A stretch of 64,000 nucleotides of DNA from Auanema rhodensis (taxonomy: Eukaryota > Animalia > Nematoda). Position 1 is the stretch's first letter. Every line of letters begins with the position of its first letter. The stretch is taken from the NCBI GenBank assembly GCA_964057225.1, contig CAXKVF010000078.1, forward strand, positions 496,001 to 560,000, written 5' to 3'. A program made the position numbers and the translations under genes. This document shows, piece after piece, positions 52,801 to 64,000 of the stretch. The notes under the pieces were generated by a model. The model ran no database searches, was not told the origin of the DNA, and worked only from the letters and a program-made list of their open reading frames with translations.

Positions 52801-55611
52801 CCATGAACCAATATCAATAAAAATTTGTTTTTAGACTAATATGGACATGGGGAATCTAATTTTGAAAACCGCATCTCTTTATCTTTCACGTGAAGCGAGT
52901 TACATACCAAGTGCACATCACGTGTACATTTAATTAGCATAAATTAAAGTTCACGTAAATTTCAAAATCATGGTTACCATGAAGCAATATCAATAAAAAT
53001 TTGTTTTTAGACTAATATGGACATGGGGAATCTAATTTTGAAAACCGCATCTCTTTATCTTTCACGTGAAGCGAGTTACATACCAAGTGCACATCACGTG
53101 TACATTTAATTAGCATAAATTAAAGTTCACGTAAATTTCAAAGTCATGGTTACCATGCACCAATATCAATAAAAATTTGTTTTTAGACTAATATGGACAT
53201 GGGGAATCTAATTTTGAAAACCGCATCTCTTTATCTTTCACGTGAAGCGAGTTACATACCAAGTGCACATCACGTGTACATTTAATTAGCATAAATTAAA
53301 GTTCACGTAAATTTCAAAGTCATGGTTACCATGCACCAATATCAATAAAAATTTGTTTTTAGACTAATATGGACATGGGGAATCTAATTTTGAAAACCGC
53401 ATCTCTTTATCTTTCACGTGAAGCGAGTTACATACCAAGTGCACATCACGTGTACATTTAATTAGCATAAATTAAAGTTCACGTAAATTTCAAAGTCATG
53501 GTTACCATGAACCAATATCAATAAAAATTTGTTTTTAGACTAATATGGACATGGGGAATCTAATTTTGAAAACCGCATCTCTTTATCTTTCACGTGAAGC
53601 GAGTTACATACCAAGTGCACATCACGTGTACATTTAATTAGCATAAATTAAAGTTCACGTAAATTTCAAAGTCATGGTTACCATGAAGCAATATCAATAA
53701 AAATTTGTTTTTAGACTAATATGGACATGGGGAATCTAATTTTGAAAACCGCATCTCTTTATCTTTCACGTGAAGCGAGTTACATACCAAGTGCACATCA
53801 CGTGTACATTTAATTAGCATAAATTAAAGTTCACGTAAATTTCAAAGTCATGGTTACCATGAACCAATATCAATAAAAATTTGTTTTTAGACTAATATGG
53901 ACATGGGGAATCTAATTTTGAAAACCGCATCTCTTTATCTTTCACGTGAAGCGAGTTACATACCAAGTGCACATCACGTGTACATTTAATTAGCATAAAT
54001 TAAAGTTCACGTAAATTTCAAAGTCATGGTTACCATGCTCCAATATCAATAAAAATTTGTTTTTAGACTAATATGGACATGGGGAATCTAATTTTGAAAA
54101 CCGCATCTCTTTATCTTTCACGTGAAGCGAGTTACATACCAAGTGCACATCACGTGTACATTTAATTAGCATAAATTAAAGTTCACGTAAATTTCAAAGT
54201 CATGGTTACCATGAACCAATATCAATAAAAATTTGTTTTTAGACTAATATGGACATGGGGAATCTAATTTTGAAAACCGCATCTCTTTATCTTTCACGTG
54301 AAGCGAGTTACATACCAAGTGCACATCACGTGTACATTTAATTAGCATAAATTAAAGTTCACGTAAATTTCAAAGTCATGGTTACCATGAACCAATATCA
54401 ATAAAAATTTGTTTTTAGACTAATATGGACATGGGGAATCTAATTTTGAAAACCGCATCTCTTTATCTTTCACGTGAAGCGAGTTACATACCAAGTGCAC
54501 ATCACGTGTACATTTAATTAGCATAAATTAAAGTTCACGTAAATTTCAAAGTCATGGTTACCATGAACCAATATCAATAAAAATTTGTTTTTAGACTAAT
54601 ATGGACATGGGGAATCTAATTTTGAAAACCGCATCTCTTTATCTTTCACGTGAAGCGAGTTACATACCAAGTGCACATCACGTGTACATTTAATTAGCAT
54701 AAATTAAAGTTCACGTAAATTTCAAAGTCATGGTTACCATGAACCAATATCAATAAAAATTTGTTTTTAGACTAATATGGACATGGGGAATCTAATTTTG
54801 AAAACCGCATTTCTTTATCTTTCACGTGAAGCGAGTTACATACCAAGTGCACATCACGTGTACATTTAATTAGCATAAATTAAAGTTCACGTAAATTTCA
54901 AAGTCATGGTTACCATGCACCAATATCAATAAAAATTTGTTTTTAGACTAATATGGACATGGGGAATCTAATTTTGAAAACCGCATCTCTTTATCTTTCA
55001 CGTGAAGCGAGTTACATACCAAGTGCACATCACGTGTACATTTAATTAGCATAAATTAAAGTTCACGTAAATTTCAAAGTCATGGTTACCATGAACCAAT
55101 ATCAATAAAAATTTGTTTTTAGACTAATATGGACATGGGGAATCTAATTTTGAAAACCGCATCTCTTTATCTTTCACGTGAAGCGAGTTACATACCAAGT
55201 GCACATCACGTGTACATTTAATTAGCATAAATTAAAGTTCACGTAAATTTCAAAGTCATGGTTACCATGCTCCAATATCAATAAAAATTTGTTTTTAGAC
55301 TAATATGGACATGGGGAATCTAATTTTGAAAACCGCATCTCTTCATCTTTCACGTGAAGCGAGTTACATACCAAGTGCACATCACGTGTACATTTAATTA
55401 GCATAAATTAAAGTTCACGTAAAATTCAAAGTCATGGTTACCATGCACCAATATCAATAAAAATTTGTTTTTAGACTAATATGGACATGGGGAATCTAAT
55501 TTTGAAAACCGCATCTCTTTATCTTTCACGTGAAGCGAGTTACATACCAAGTGCACATCACGTGTACATTTAATTAGCATAAATTAAAGTTCACGTAAAT
55601 TTCAAAGTCAT
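43819..55611 (+). repeat. Recurring 9-monomer cassette, 4 copies at irregular spacing
   Basis: CTC / AAC / AAC / AAC / AAC+C80T / CAC / AAC / CTC+T85C+T165A / CAC starts at 43819, 47515, 50508 and 54028. Confidence 0.88.
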
Positions 55612-57195
55612 GGTTACCATGAACCAATATCAATAAAAATTTGTTTTTAGACTAATATGGACATGGGGAATCTAATTTTAAAAACCGCATCTCTTTATCT
55701 TTCACGTGAAGCGAGTTACATACCAAGTGCACATCACGTGTACATTTAATTAGCATAAATTAAAGTTCACGTAAACTTCAAAGTCATGGTTACCATGAAC
55801 CAATATCAATAAAAATTTGTTTTTAGACTAATATGGACATGGGGAATCTAATTTTGAAAACCGCATCTCTTTATCTTTCACGTGAAGCGAGTTACATACC
55901 AAGTGCACATCACGTGTACATTTAATTAGCATAAATTAAAGTTCACGTAAATTTCAAAGTCATGGTTACCATGAACCAATATCAATAAAAATTTGTTTTT
56001 AGACTAATATGGACATGGGGAATCTAATTTTAAAAACCGCATCTCTTTATCTTTCACGTGAAGCGAGTTACATACCAAGTGCACATCACGTGTACATTTA
56101 ATTAGCATAAATTAAAGTTCACGTAAATTTCAAAGTCATGGTTACCATGAACCAATATCAATAAAAATTTGTTTTTAGACTAATATGGACATGGGGAATC
56201 TAATTTTGAAAACCGCATTTCTTTATCTTTCACGTGAAGCGAGTTACATACCAAGTGCACATCACGTGTACATTTAATTAGCATAAATTAAAGTTCACGT
56301 AAACTTCAAAGTCATGGTTACCATGAACCAATATCAATAAAAATTTGTTTTTAGACTAATATGGACATGGGGAATCTAATTTTGAAAACCGCATCTCTTT
56401 ATCTTTCACGTGAAGCGAGTTACATACCAAGTGCACATCACGTGTACATTTAATTAGCATAAATTAAAGTTCACGTAAATTTCAAAATCATGGTTACCAT
56501 GAAGCAATATCAATAAAAATTTGTTTTTAGACTAATATGGACATGGGGAATCTAATTTTGAAAACCGCATCTCTTTATCTTTCACGTGAAGCGAGTTACA
56601 TACCAAGTGCACATCACGTGTACATTTAATTAGCATAAATTAAAGTTCACGTAAATTTCAAAGTCATGGTTACCATGCACCAATATCAATAAAAATTTGT
56701 TTTTAGACTAATATGGACATGGGGAATCTAATTTTGAAAACCGCATCTCTTTATCTTTCACGTGAAGCGAGTTACATACCAAGTGCACATCACGTGTACA
56801 TTTAATTAGCATAAATTAAAGTTCACGTAAATTTCAAAGTCATGGTTACCATGCACCAATATCAATAAAAATTTGTTTTTAGACTAATATGGACATGGGG
56901 AATCTAATTTTGAAAACCGCATCTCTTTATCTTTCACGTGAAGCGAGTTACATACCAAGTGCACATCACGTGTACATTTAATTAGCATAAATTAAAGTTC
57001 ACGTAAATTTCAAAGTCATGGTTACCATGAACCAATATCAATAAAAATTTGTTTTTAGACTAATATGGACATGGGGAATCTAATTTTGAAAACCGCATCT
57101 CTTTATCTTTCACGTGAAGCGAGTTACATACCAAGTGCACATCACGTGTACATTTAATTAGCATAAATTAAAGTTCACGTAAATTTCAAAGTCAT
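50332..57195 (+). repeat. 19-monomer block duplicated with a 20-monomer (3520-bp) period
   Basis: 50332-53675 matches 53852-57195 at all shared markers (CTC, C80T, T85C, G69A, T165C, G172A, AAG). It differs only by private changes in monomer 50508. Confidence 0.9.
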
Positions 57196-59307
57196 GGTTA
57201 CCATGCTCCAATATCAATAAAAATTTGTTTTTAGACTAATATGGACATGGGGAATCTAATTTTGAAAACCGCATCTCTTCATCTTTCACGTGAAGCGAGT
57301 TACATACCAAGTGCACATCACGTGTACATTTAATTAGCATAAATTAAAGTTCACGTAAAATTCAAAGTCATGGTTACCATGCACCAATATCAATAAAAAT
57401 TTGTTTTTAGACTAATATGGACATGGGGAATCTAATTTTGAAAACCGCATCTCTTTATCTTTCACGTGAAGCGAGTTACATACCAAGTGCACATCACGTG
57501 TACATTTAATTAGCATAAATTAAAGTTCACGTAAATTTCAAAGTCATGGTTACCATGAACCAATATCAATAAAAATTTGTTTTTAGACTAATATGGACAT
57601 GGGGAATCTAATTTTAAAAACCGCATCTCTTTATCTTTCACGTGAAGCGAGTTACATACCAAGTGCACATCACGTGTACATTTAATTAGCATAAATTAAA
57701 GTTCACGTAAATTTCAAAGTCATGGTTACCATGAACCAATATCAATAAAAATTTGTTTTTAGACTAATATGGACATGGGGAATCTAATTTTGAAAACCGC
57801 ATCTCTTTATCTTTCACGTGAAGCGAGTTACATACCAAGTGCACATCACGTGTACATTTAATTAGCATAAATTAAAGTTCACGTAAATTTCAAAGTCATG
57901 GTTACCATGCTCCAATATCAATAAAAATTTGTTTTTAGACTAATATGGACATGGGGAATCTAATTTTGAAAACCGCATCTCTTCATCTTTCACGTGAAGC
58001 GAGTTACATACCAAGTGCACATCACGTGTACATTTAATTAGCATAAATTAAAGTTCACGTAAAATTCAAAGTCATGGTTACCATGCACCAATATCAATAA
58101 AAATTTGTTTTTAGACTAATATGGACATGGGGAATCTAATTTTGAAAACCGCATCTCTTTATCTTTCACGTGAAGCGAGTTACATACCAAGTGCACATCA
58201 CGTGTACATTTAATTAGCATAAATTAAAGTTCACGTAAATTTCAAAGTCATGGTTACCATGAACCAATATCAATAAAAATTTGTTTTTAGACTAATATGG
58301 ACATGGGGAATCTAATTTTAAAAACCGCATCTCTTTATCTTTCACGTGAAGCGAGTTACATACCAAGTGCACATCACGTGTACATTTAATTAGCATAAAT
58401 TAAAGTTCACGTAAACTTCAAAGTCATGGTTACCATGAACCAATATCAATAAAAATTTGTTTTTAGACTAATATGGACATGGGGAATCTAATTTTGAAAA
58501 CCGCATCTCTTTATCTTTCACGTGAAGCGAGTTACATACCAAGTGCACATCACGTGTACATTTAATTAGCATAAATTAAAGTTCACGTAAATTTCAAAGT
58601 CATGGTTACCATGAACCAATATCAATAAAAATTTGTTTTTAGACTAATATGGACATGGGGAATCTAATTTTAAAAACCGCATCTCTTTATCTTTCACGTG
58701 AAGCGAGTTACATACCAAGTGCACATCACGTGTACATTTAATTAGCATAAATTAAAGTTCACGTAAACTTCAAAGTCATGGTTACCATGAACCAATATCA
58801 ATAAAAATTTGTTTTTAGACTAATATGGACATGGGGAATCTAATTTTGAAAACCGCATCTCTTTATCTTTCACGTGAAGCGAGTTACATACCAAGTGCAC
58901 ATCACGTGTACATTTAATTAGCATAAATTAAAGTTCACGTAAATTTCAAAATCATGGTTACCATGAAGCAATATCAATAAAAATTTGTTTTTAGACTAAT
59001 ATGGACATGGGGAATCTAATTTTGAAAACCGCATCTCTTTATCTTTCACGTGAAGCGAGTTACATACCAAGTGCACATCACGTGTACATTTAATTAGCAT
59101 AAATTAAAGTTCACGTAAATTTCAAAGTCATGGTTACCATGCACCAATATCAATAAAAATTTGTTTTTAGACTAATATGGACATGGGGAATCTAATTTTG
59201 AAAACCGCATCTCTTTATCTTTCACGTGAAGCGAGTTACATACCAAGTGCACATCACGTGTACATTTAATTAGCATAAATTAAAGTTCACGTAAATTTCA
59301 AAGTCAT

Positions 59308-62300
59308 GGTTACCATGAACCAATATCAATAAAAATTTGTTTTTAGACTAATATGGACATGGGGAATCTAATTTTGAAAACCGCATCTCTTTATCTTTCA
59401 CGTGAAGCGAGTTACATACCAAGTGCACATCACGTGTACATTTAATTAGCATAAATTAAAGTTCACGTAAATTTCAAAGTCATGGTTACCATGAACCAAT
59501 ATCAATAAAAATTTGTTTTTAGACTAATATGGACATGGGGAATCTAATTTTGAAAACCGCATCTCTTTATCTTTCACGTGAAGCGAGTTACATACCAAGT
59601 GCACATCACGTGTACATTTAATTAGCATAAATTAAAGTTCACGTAAATTTCAAAGTCATGGTTACCATGAAGCAATATCAATAAAAATTTGTTTTTAGAC
59701 TAATATGGACATGGGGAATCTAATTTTGAAAACCGCATCTCTTTATCTTTCACGTGAAGCGAGTTACATACCAAGTGCACATCACGTGTACATTTAATTA
59801 GCATAAATTAAAGTTCACGTAAATTTCAAAGTCATGGTTACCAAGAACCAATATCAATAAAAATTTGTTTTTAGACTAATATGGACATGGGGAATCTAAT
59901 TTTGAAAACCGCATCTCTTTATCTTTCACGTGAAGCGAGTTACATACCAAGTGCACATCACGTGTACATTTAATTAGCATAAATTAAAGTTCACGTAAAT
60001 TTCAAAGTCATGGTTACCATGAACCAATATCAATAAAAATTTGTTTTTAGACTAAGATGGACATGGGGAATCTAATTTTGAAAACCGCATTTCTTTATCT
60101 TTCACGTGAAGCGAGTTACATACCAAGTGCACATCACGTGTACATTTAATTAGCATAAATTAAAGTTCACGTAAATTTCAAAGTCATGGTTACCATGCAC
60201 CAATATCAATAAAAATTTGTTTTTAGACTAATATGGACATGGGGAATCTAATTTTGAAAACCGCATCTCTTTATCTTTCACGTGAAGCGAGTTACATACC
60301 AAGTGCACATCACGTGTACATTTAATTAGCATAAATTAAAGTTCACGTAAATTTCAAAATCATGGTTACCATGAAGCAATATCAATAAAAATTTGTTTTT
60401 AGACTAATATGGACATGGGGAATCTAATTTTGAAAACCGCATCTCTTTATCTTTCACGTGAAGCGAGTTACATACCAAGTGCACATCACGTGTACATTTA
60501 ATTAGCATAAATTAAAGTTCACGTAAATTTCAAAGTCATGGTTACCATGCACCAATATCAATAAAAATTTGTTTTTAGACTAATATGGACATGGGGAATC
60601 TAATTTTGAAAACCGCATCTCTTTATCTTTCACGTGAAGCGAGTTACATACCAAGTGCACATCACGTGTACATTTAATTAGCATAAATTAAAGTTCACGT
60701 AAATTTCAAAGTCATGGTTACCATGCACCAATATCAATAAAAATTTGTTTTTAGACTAATATGGACATGGGGAATCTAATTTTGAAAACCGCATCTCTTT
60801 ATCTTTCACGTGAAGCGAGTTACATACCAAGTGCACATCACGTGTACATTTAATTAGCATAAATTAAAGTTCACGTAAACTTCAAAGTCATGGTTACCAT
60901 GAACCAATATCAATAAAAATTTGTTTTTAGACTAATATGGACATGGGGAATCTAATTTTGAAAACCGCATCTCTTTATCTTTCACGTGAAGCGAGTTACA
61001 TACCAAGTGCACATCACGTGTACATTTAATTAGCATAAATTAAAGTTCACGTAAATTTCAAAGTCATGGTTACCATGAACCAATATCAATAAAAATTTGT
61101 TTTTAGACTAATATGGACATGGGGAATCTAATTTTAAAAACCGCATCTCTTTATCTTTCACGTGAAGCGAGTTACATACCAAGTGCACATCACGTGTACA
61201 TTTAATTAGCATAAATTAAAGTTCACGTAAACTTCAAAGTCATGGTTACCATGAACCAATATCAATAAAAATTTGTTTTTAGACTAATATGGACATGGGG
61301 AATCTAATTTTGAAAACCGCATCTCTTTATCTTTCACGTGAAGCGAGTTACATACCAAGTGCACATCACGTGTACATTTAATTAGCATAAATTAAAGTTC
61401 ACGTAAATTTCAAAGTCATGGTTACCATGAACCAATATCAATAAAAATTTGTTTTTAGACTAATATGGACATGGGGAATCTAATTTTAAAAACCGCATCT
61501 CTTTATCTTTCACGTGAAGCGAGTTACATACCAAGTGCACATCACGTGTACATTTAATTAGCATAAATTAAAGTTCACGTAAACTTCAAAGTCATGGTTA
61601 CCATGAACCAATATCAATAAAAATTTGTTTTTAGACTAATATGGACATGGGGAATCTAATTTTGAAAACCGCATCTCTTTATCTTTCACGTGAAGCGAGT
61701 TACATACCAAGTGCACATCACGTGTACATTTAATTAGCATAAATTAAAGTTCACGTAAATTTCAAAATCATGGTTACCATGAAGCAATATCAATAAAAAT
61801 TTGTTTTTAGACTAATATGGACATGGGGAATCTAATTTTGAAAACCGCATCTCTTTATCTTTCACGTGAAGCGAGTTACATACCAAGTGCACATCACGTG
61901 TACATTTAATTAGCATAAATTAAAGTTCACGTAAATTTCAAAGTCATGGTTACCATGCACCAATATCAATAAAAATTTGTTTTTAGACTAATATGGACAT
62001 GGGGAATCTAATTTTGAAAACCGCATCTCTTTATCTTTCACGTGAAGCGAGTTACATACCAAGTGCACATCACGTGTACATTTAATTAGCATAAATTAAA
62101 GTTCACGTAAATTTCAAAGTCATGGTTACCATGAACCAATATCAATAAAAATTTGTTTTTAGACTAATATGGACATGGGGAATCTAATTTTGAAAACCGC
62201 ATCTCTTTATCTTTCACGTGAAGCGAGTTACATACCAAGTGCACATCACGTGTACATTTAATTAGCATAAATTAAAGTTCACGTAAACTTCAAAGTCATG

Positions 62301-64000
62301 GTTACCATGAACCAATATCAATAAAAATTTGTTTTTAGACTAATATGGACATGGGGAATCTAATTTTGAAAACCGCATCTCTTTATCTTTCACGTGAAGC
62401 GAGTTACATACCAAGTGCACATCACGTGTACATTTAATTAGCATAAATTAAAGTTCACGTAAATTTCAAAGTCATGGTTACCATGAACCAATATCAATAA
62501 AAATTTGTTTTTAGACTAATATGGACATGGGGAATCTAATTTTAAAAACCGCATCTCTTTATCTTTCACGTGAAGCGAGTTACATACCAAGTGCACATCA
62601 CGTGTACATTTAATTAGCATAAATTAAAGTTCACGTAAACTTCAAAGTCATGGTTACCATGAACCAATATCAATAAAAATTTGTTTTTAGACTAATATGG
62701 ACATGGGGAATCTAATTTTGAAAACCGCATCTCTTTATCTTTCACGTGAAGCGAGTTACATACCAAGTGCACATCACGTGTACATTTAATTAGCATAAAT
62801 TAAAGTTCACGTAAATTTCAAAGTCATGGTTACCATGAACCAATATCAATAAAAATTTGTTTTTAGACTAATATGGACATGGGGAATCTAATTTTGAAAA
62901 CCGCATCTCTTTATCTTTCACGTGAAGCGAGTTACATACCAAGTGCACATCACGTGTACATTTAATTAGCATAAATTAAAGTTCACGTAAATTTCAAAGT
63001 CATGGTTACCATGAACCAATATCAATAAAAATTTGTTTTTAGACTAATATGGACATGGGGAATCTAATTTTGAAAACCGCATCTCTTTATCTTTCACGTG
63101 AAGCGAGTTACATACCAAGTGCACATCACGTGTACATTTAATTAGCATAAATTAAAGTTCACGTAAATTTCAAAGTCATGGTTACCATGAAGCAATATCA
63201 ATAAAAATTTGTTTTTAGACTAATATGGACATGGGGAATCTAATTTTGAAAACCGCATCTCTTTATCTTTCACGTGAAGCGAGTTACATACCAAGTGCAC
63301 ATCACGTGTACATTTAATTAGCATAAATTAAAGTTCACGTAAATTTCAAAATCATGGTTACCAAGAACCAATATCAATAAAAATTTGTTTTTAGACTAAT
63401 ATGGACATGGGGAATCTAATTTTGAAAACCGCATCTCTTTATCTTTCACGTGAAGCGAGTTACATACCAAGTGCACATCACGTGTACATTTAATTAGCAT
63501 AAATTAAAGTTCACGTAAATTTCAAAGTCATGGTTACCATGAACCAATATCAATAAAAATTTGTTTTTAGACTAAGATGGACATGGGGAATCTAATTTTG
63601 AAAACCGCATTTCTTTATCTTTCACGTGAAGCGAGTTACATACCAAGTGCACATCACGTGTACATTTAATTAGCATAAATTAAAGTTCACGTAAATTTCA
63701 AAGTCATGGTTACCATGCACCAATATCAATAAAAATTTGTTTTTAGACTAATATGGACATGGGGAATCTAATTTTGAAAACCGCATCTCTTTATCTTTCA
63801 CGTGAAGCGAGTTACATACCAAGTGCACATCACGTGTACATTTAATTAGCATAAATTAAAGTTCACGTAAATTTCAAAATCATGGTTACCATGAAGCAAT
63901 ATCAATAAAAATTTGTTTTTAGACTAATATGGACATGGGGAATCTAATTTTGAAAACCGCATCTCTTTATCTTTCACGTGAAGCGAGTTACATACCAAGT
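59308..64000 (+). repeat. Block duplicated at a 3520-bp offset, running off the window end
   Basis: Rare markers T9A (monomers 59836 and 63356) and T45G+C80T (60012 and 63532), followed by CAC+G172A and AAG, recur exactly 3520 bp apart. Confidence 0.85.

Larger units (their letters stand above)
1..64000. repeat. Tandem satellite DNA array, 176-bp monomer, 363 full copies plus 1 partial, single orientation; putative centromeric or pericentromeric satellite
   Basis: GGTTACCATG recurs at 1, 177, 352, 528, 704 ... 63708, 63884. 363 x 176 minus a net 5 bp of indels predicts the last start at 63884, as observed. No non-repeat sequence anywhere. The centromeric role is inference from monomer size and homogeneity only. 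Confidence 0.99.

Noticed and set aside
1-64000. CRISPR array or other prokaryotic repeat-spacer system
   Set aside because: There are no unique spacers: the entire 176 bp is repeated, and no cas or other genes are present.
1-64000. Synthetic concatemer or rolling-circle/assembly artefact
   Set aside because: Variants are shared in ordered, hierarchical blocks with nested lineages, which random sequencing error on one template would not produce. Local mis-joins cannot be excluded without reads.

Overview
The whole 64 kb window is one uninterrupted, head-to-tail tandem satellite array of a 176-bp AT-rich monomer (about 32% GC). It holds 363 complete copies plus a 117-bp partial copy, all in one orientation. 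Consensus, with monomer position 1 = window position 1: GGTTACCATG[A/C]ACCAATATCAATAAAAATTTGTTTTTAGACTAATATGGACATGGGGAATCTAATTTTGAAAACCGCATCTCTTTATCTTTCACGTGAAGCGAGTTACATACCAAGTGCACATCACGTGTACATTTAATTAGCATAAATTAAAGTTCACGTAAATTTCAAAGTCAT. Most copies differ from consensus at 0-4 positions, and only 9 copies change length (all by 1 bp). I see no genes, RNA genes, transposons or CRISPR spacers; the single ORF is a by-product of one SNP. Nucleosome-sized, highly homogeneous monomers with local higher-order repeats are typical of eukaryotic centromeric or pericentromeric satellite, but I cannot assign the family or organism. The interesting signal is structural. (1) The monomer looks like a degenerate whole-unit palindrome with two dyad axes exactly 88 bp apart. 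(2) It carries three TCACGT cores spaced about three helical turns apart. (3) Diagnostic SNPs reveal local higher-order repeats (3-, 6-, 8-, 15- and 20-monomer periods), chimeric monomers, a displaced haplotype patch and a nested layering of variants. All variant calls were read by eye and should be confirmed by alignment.
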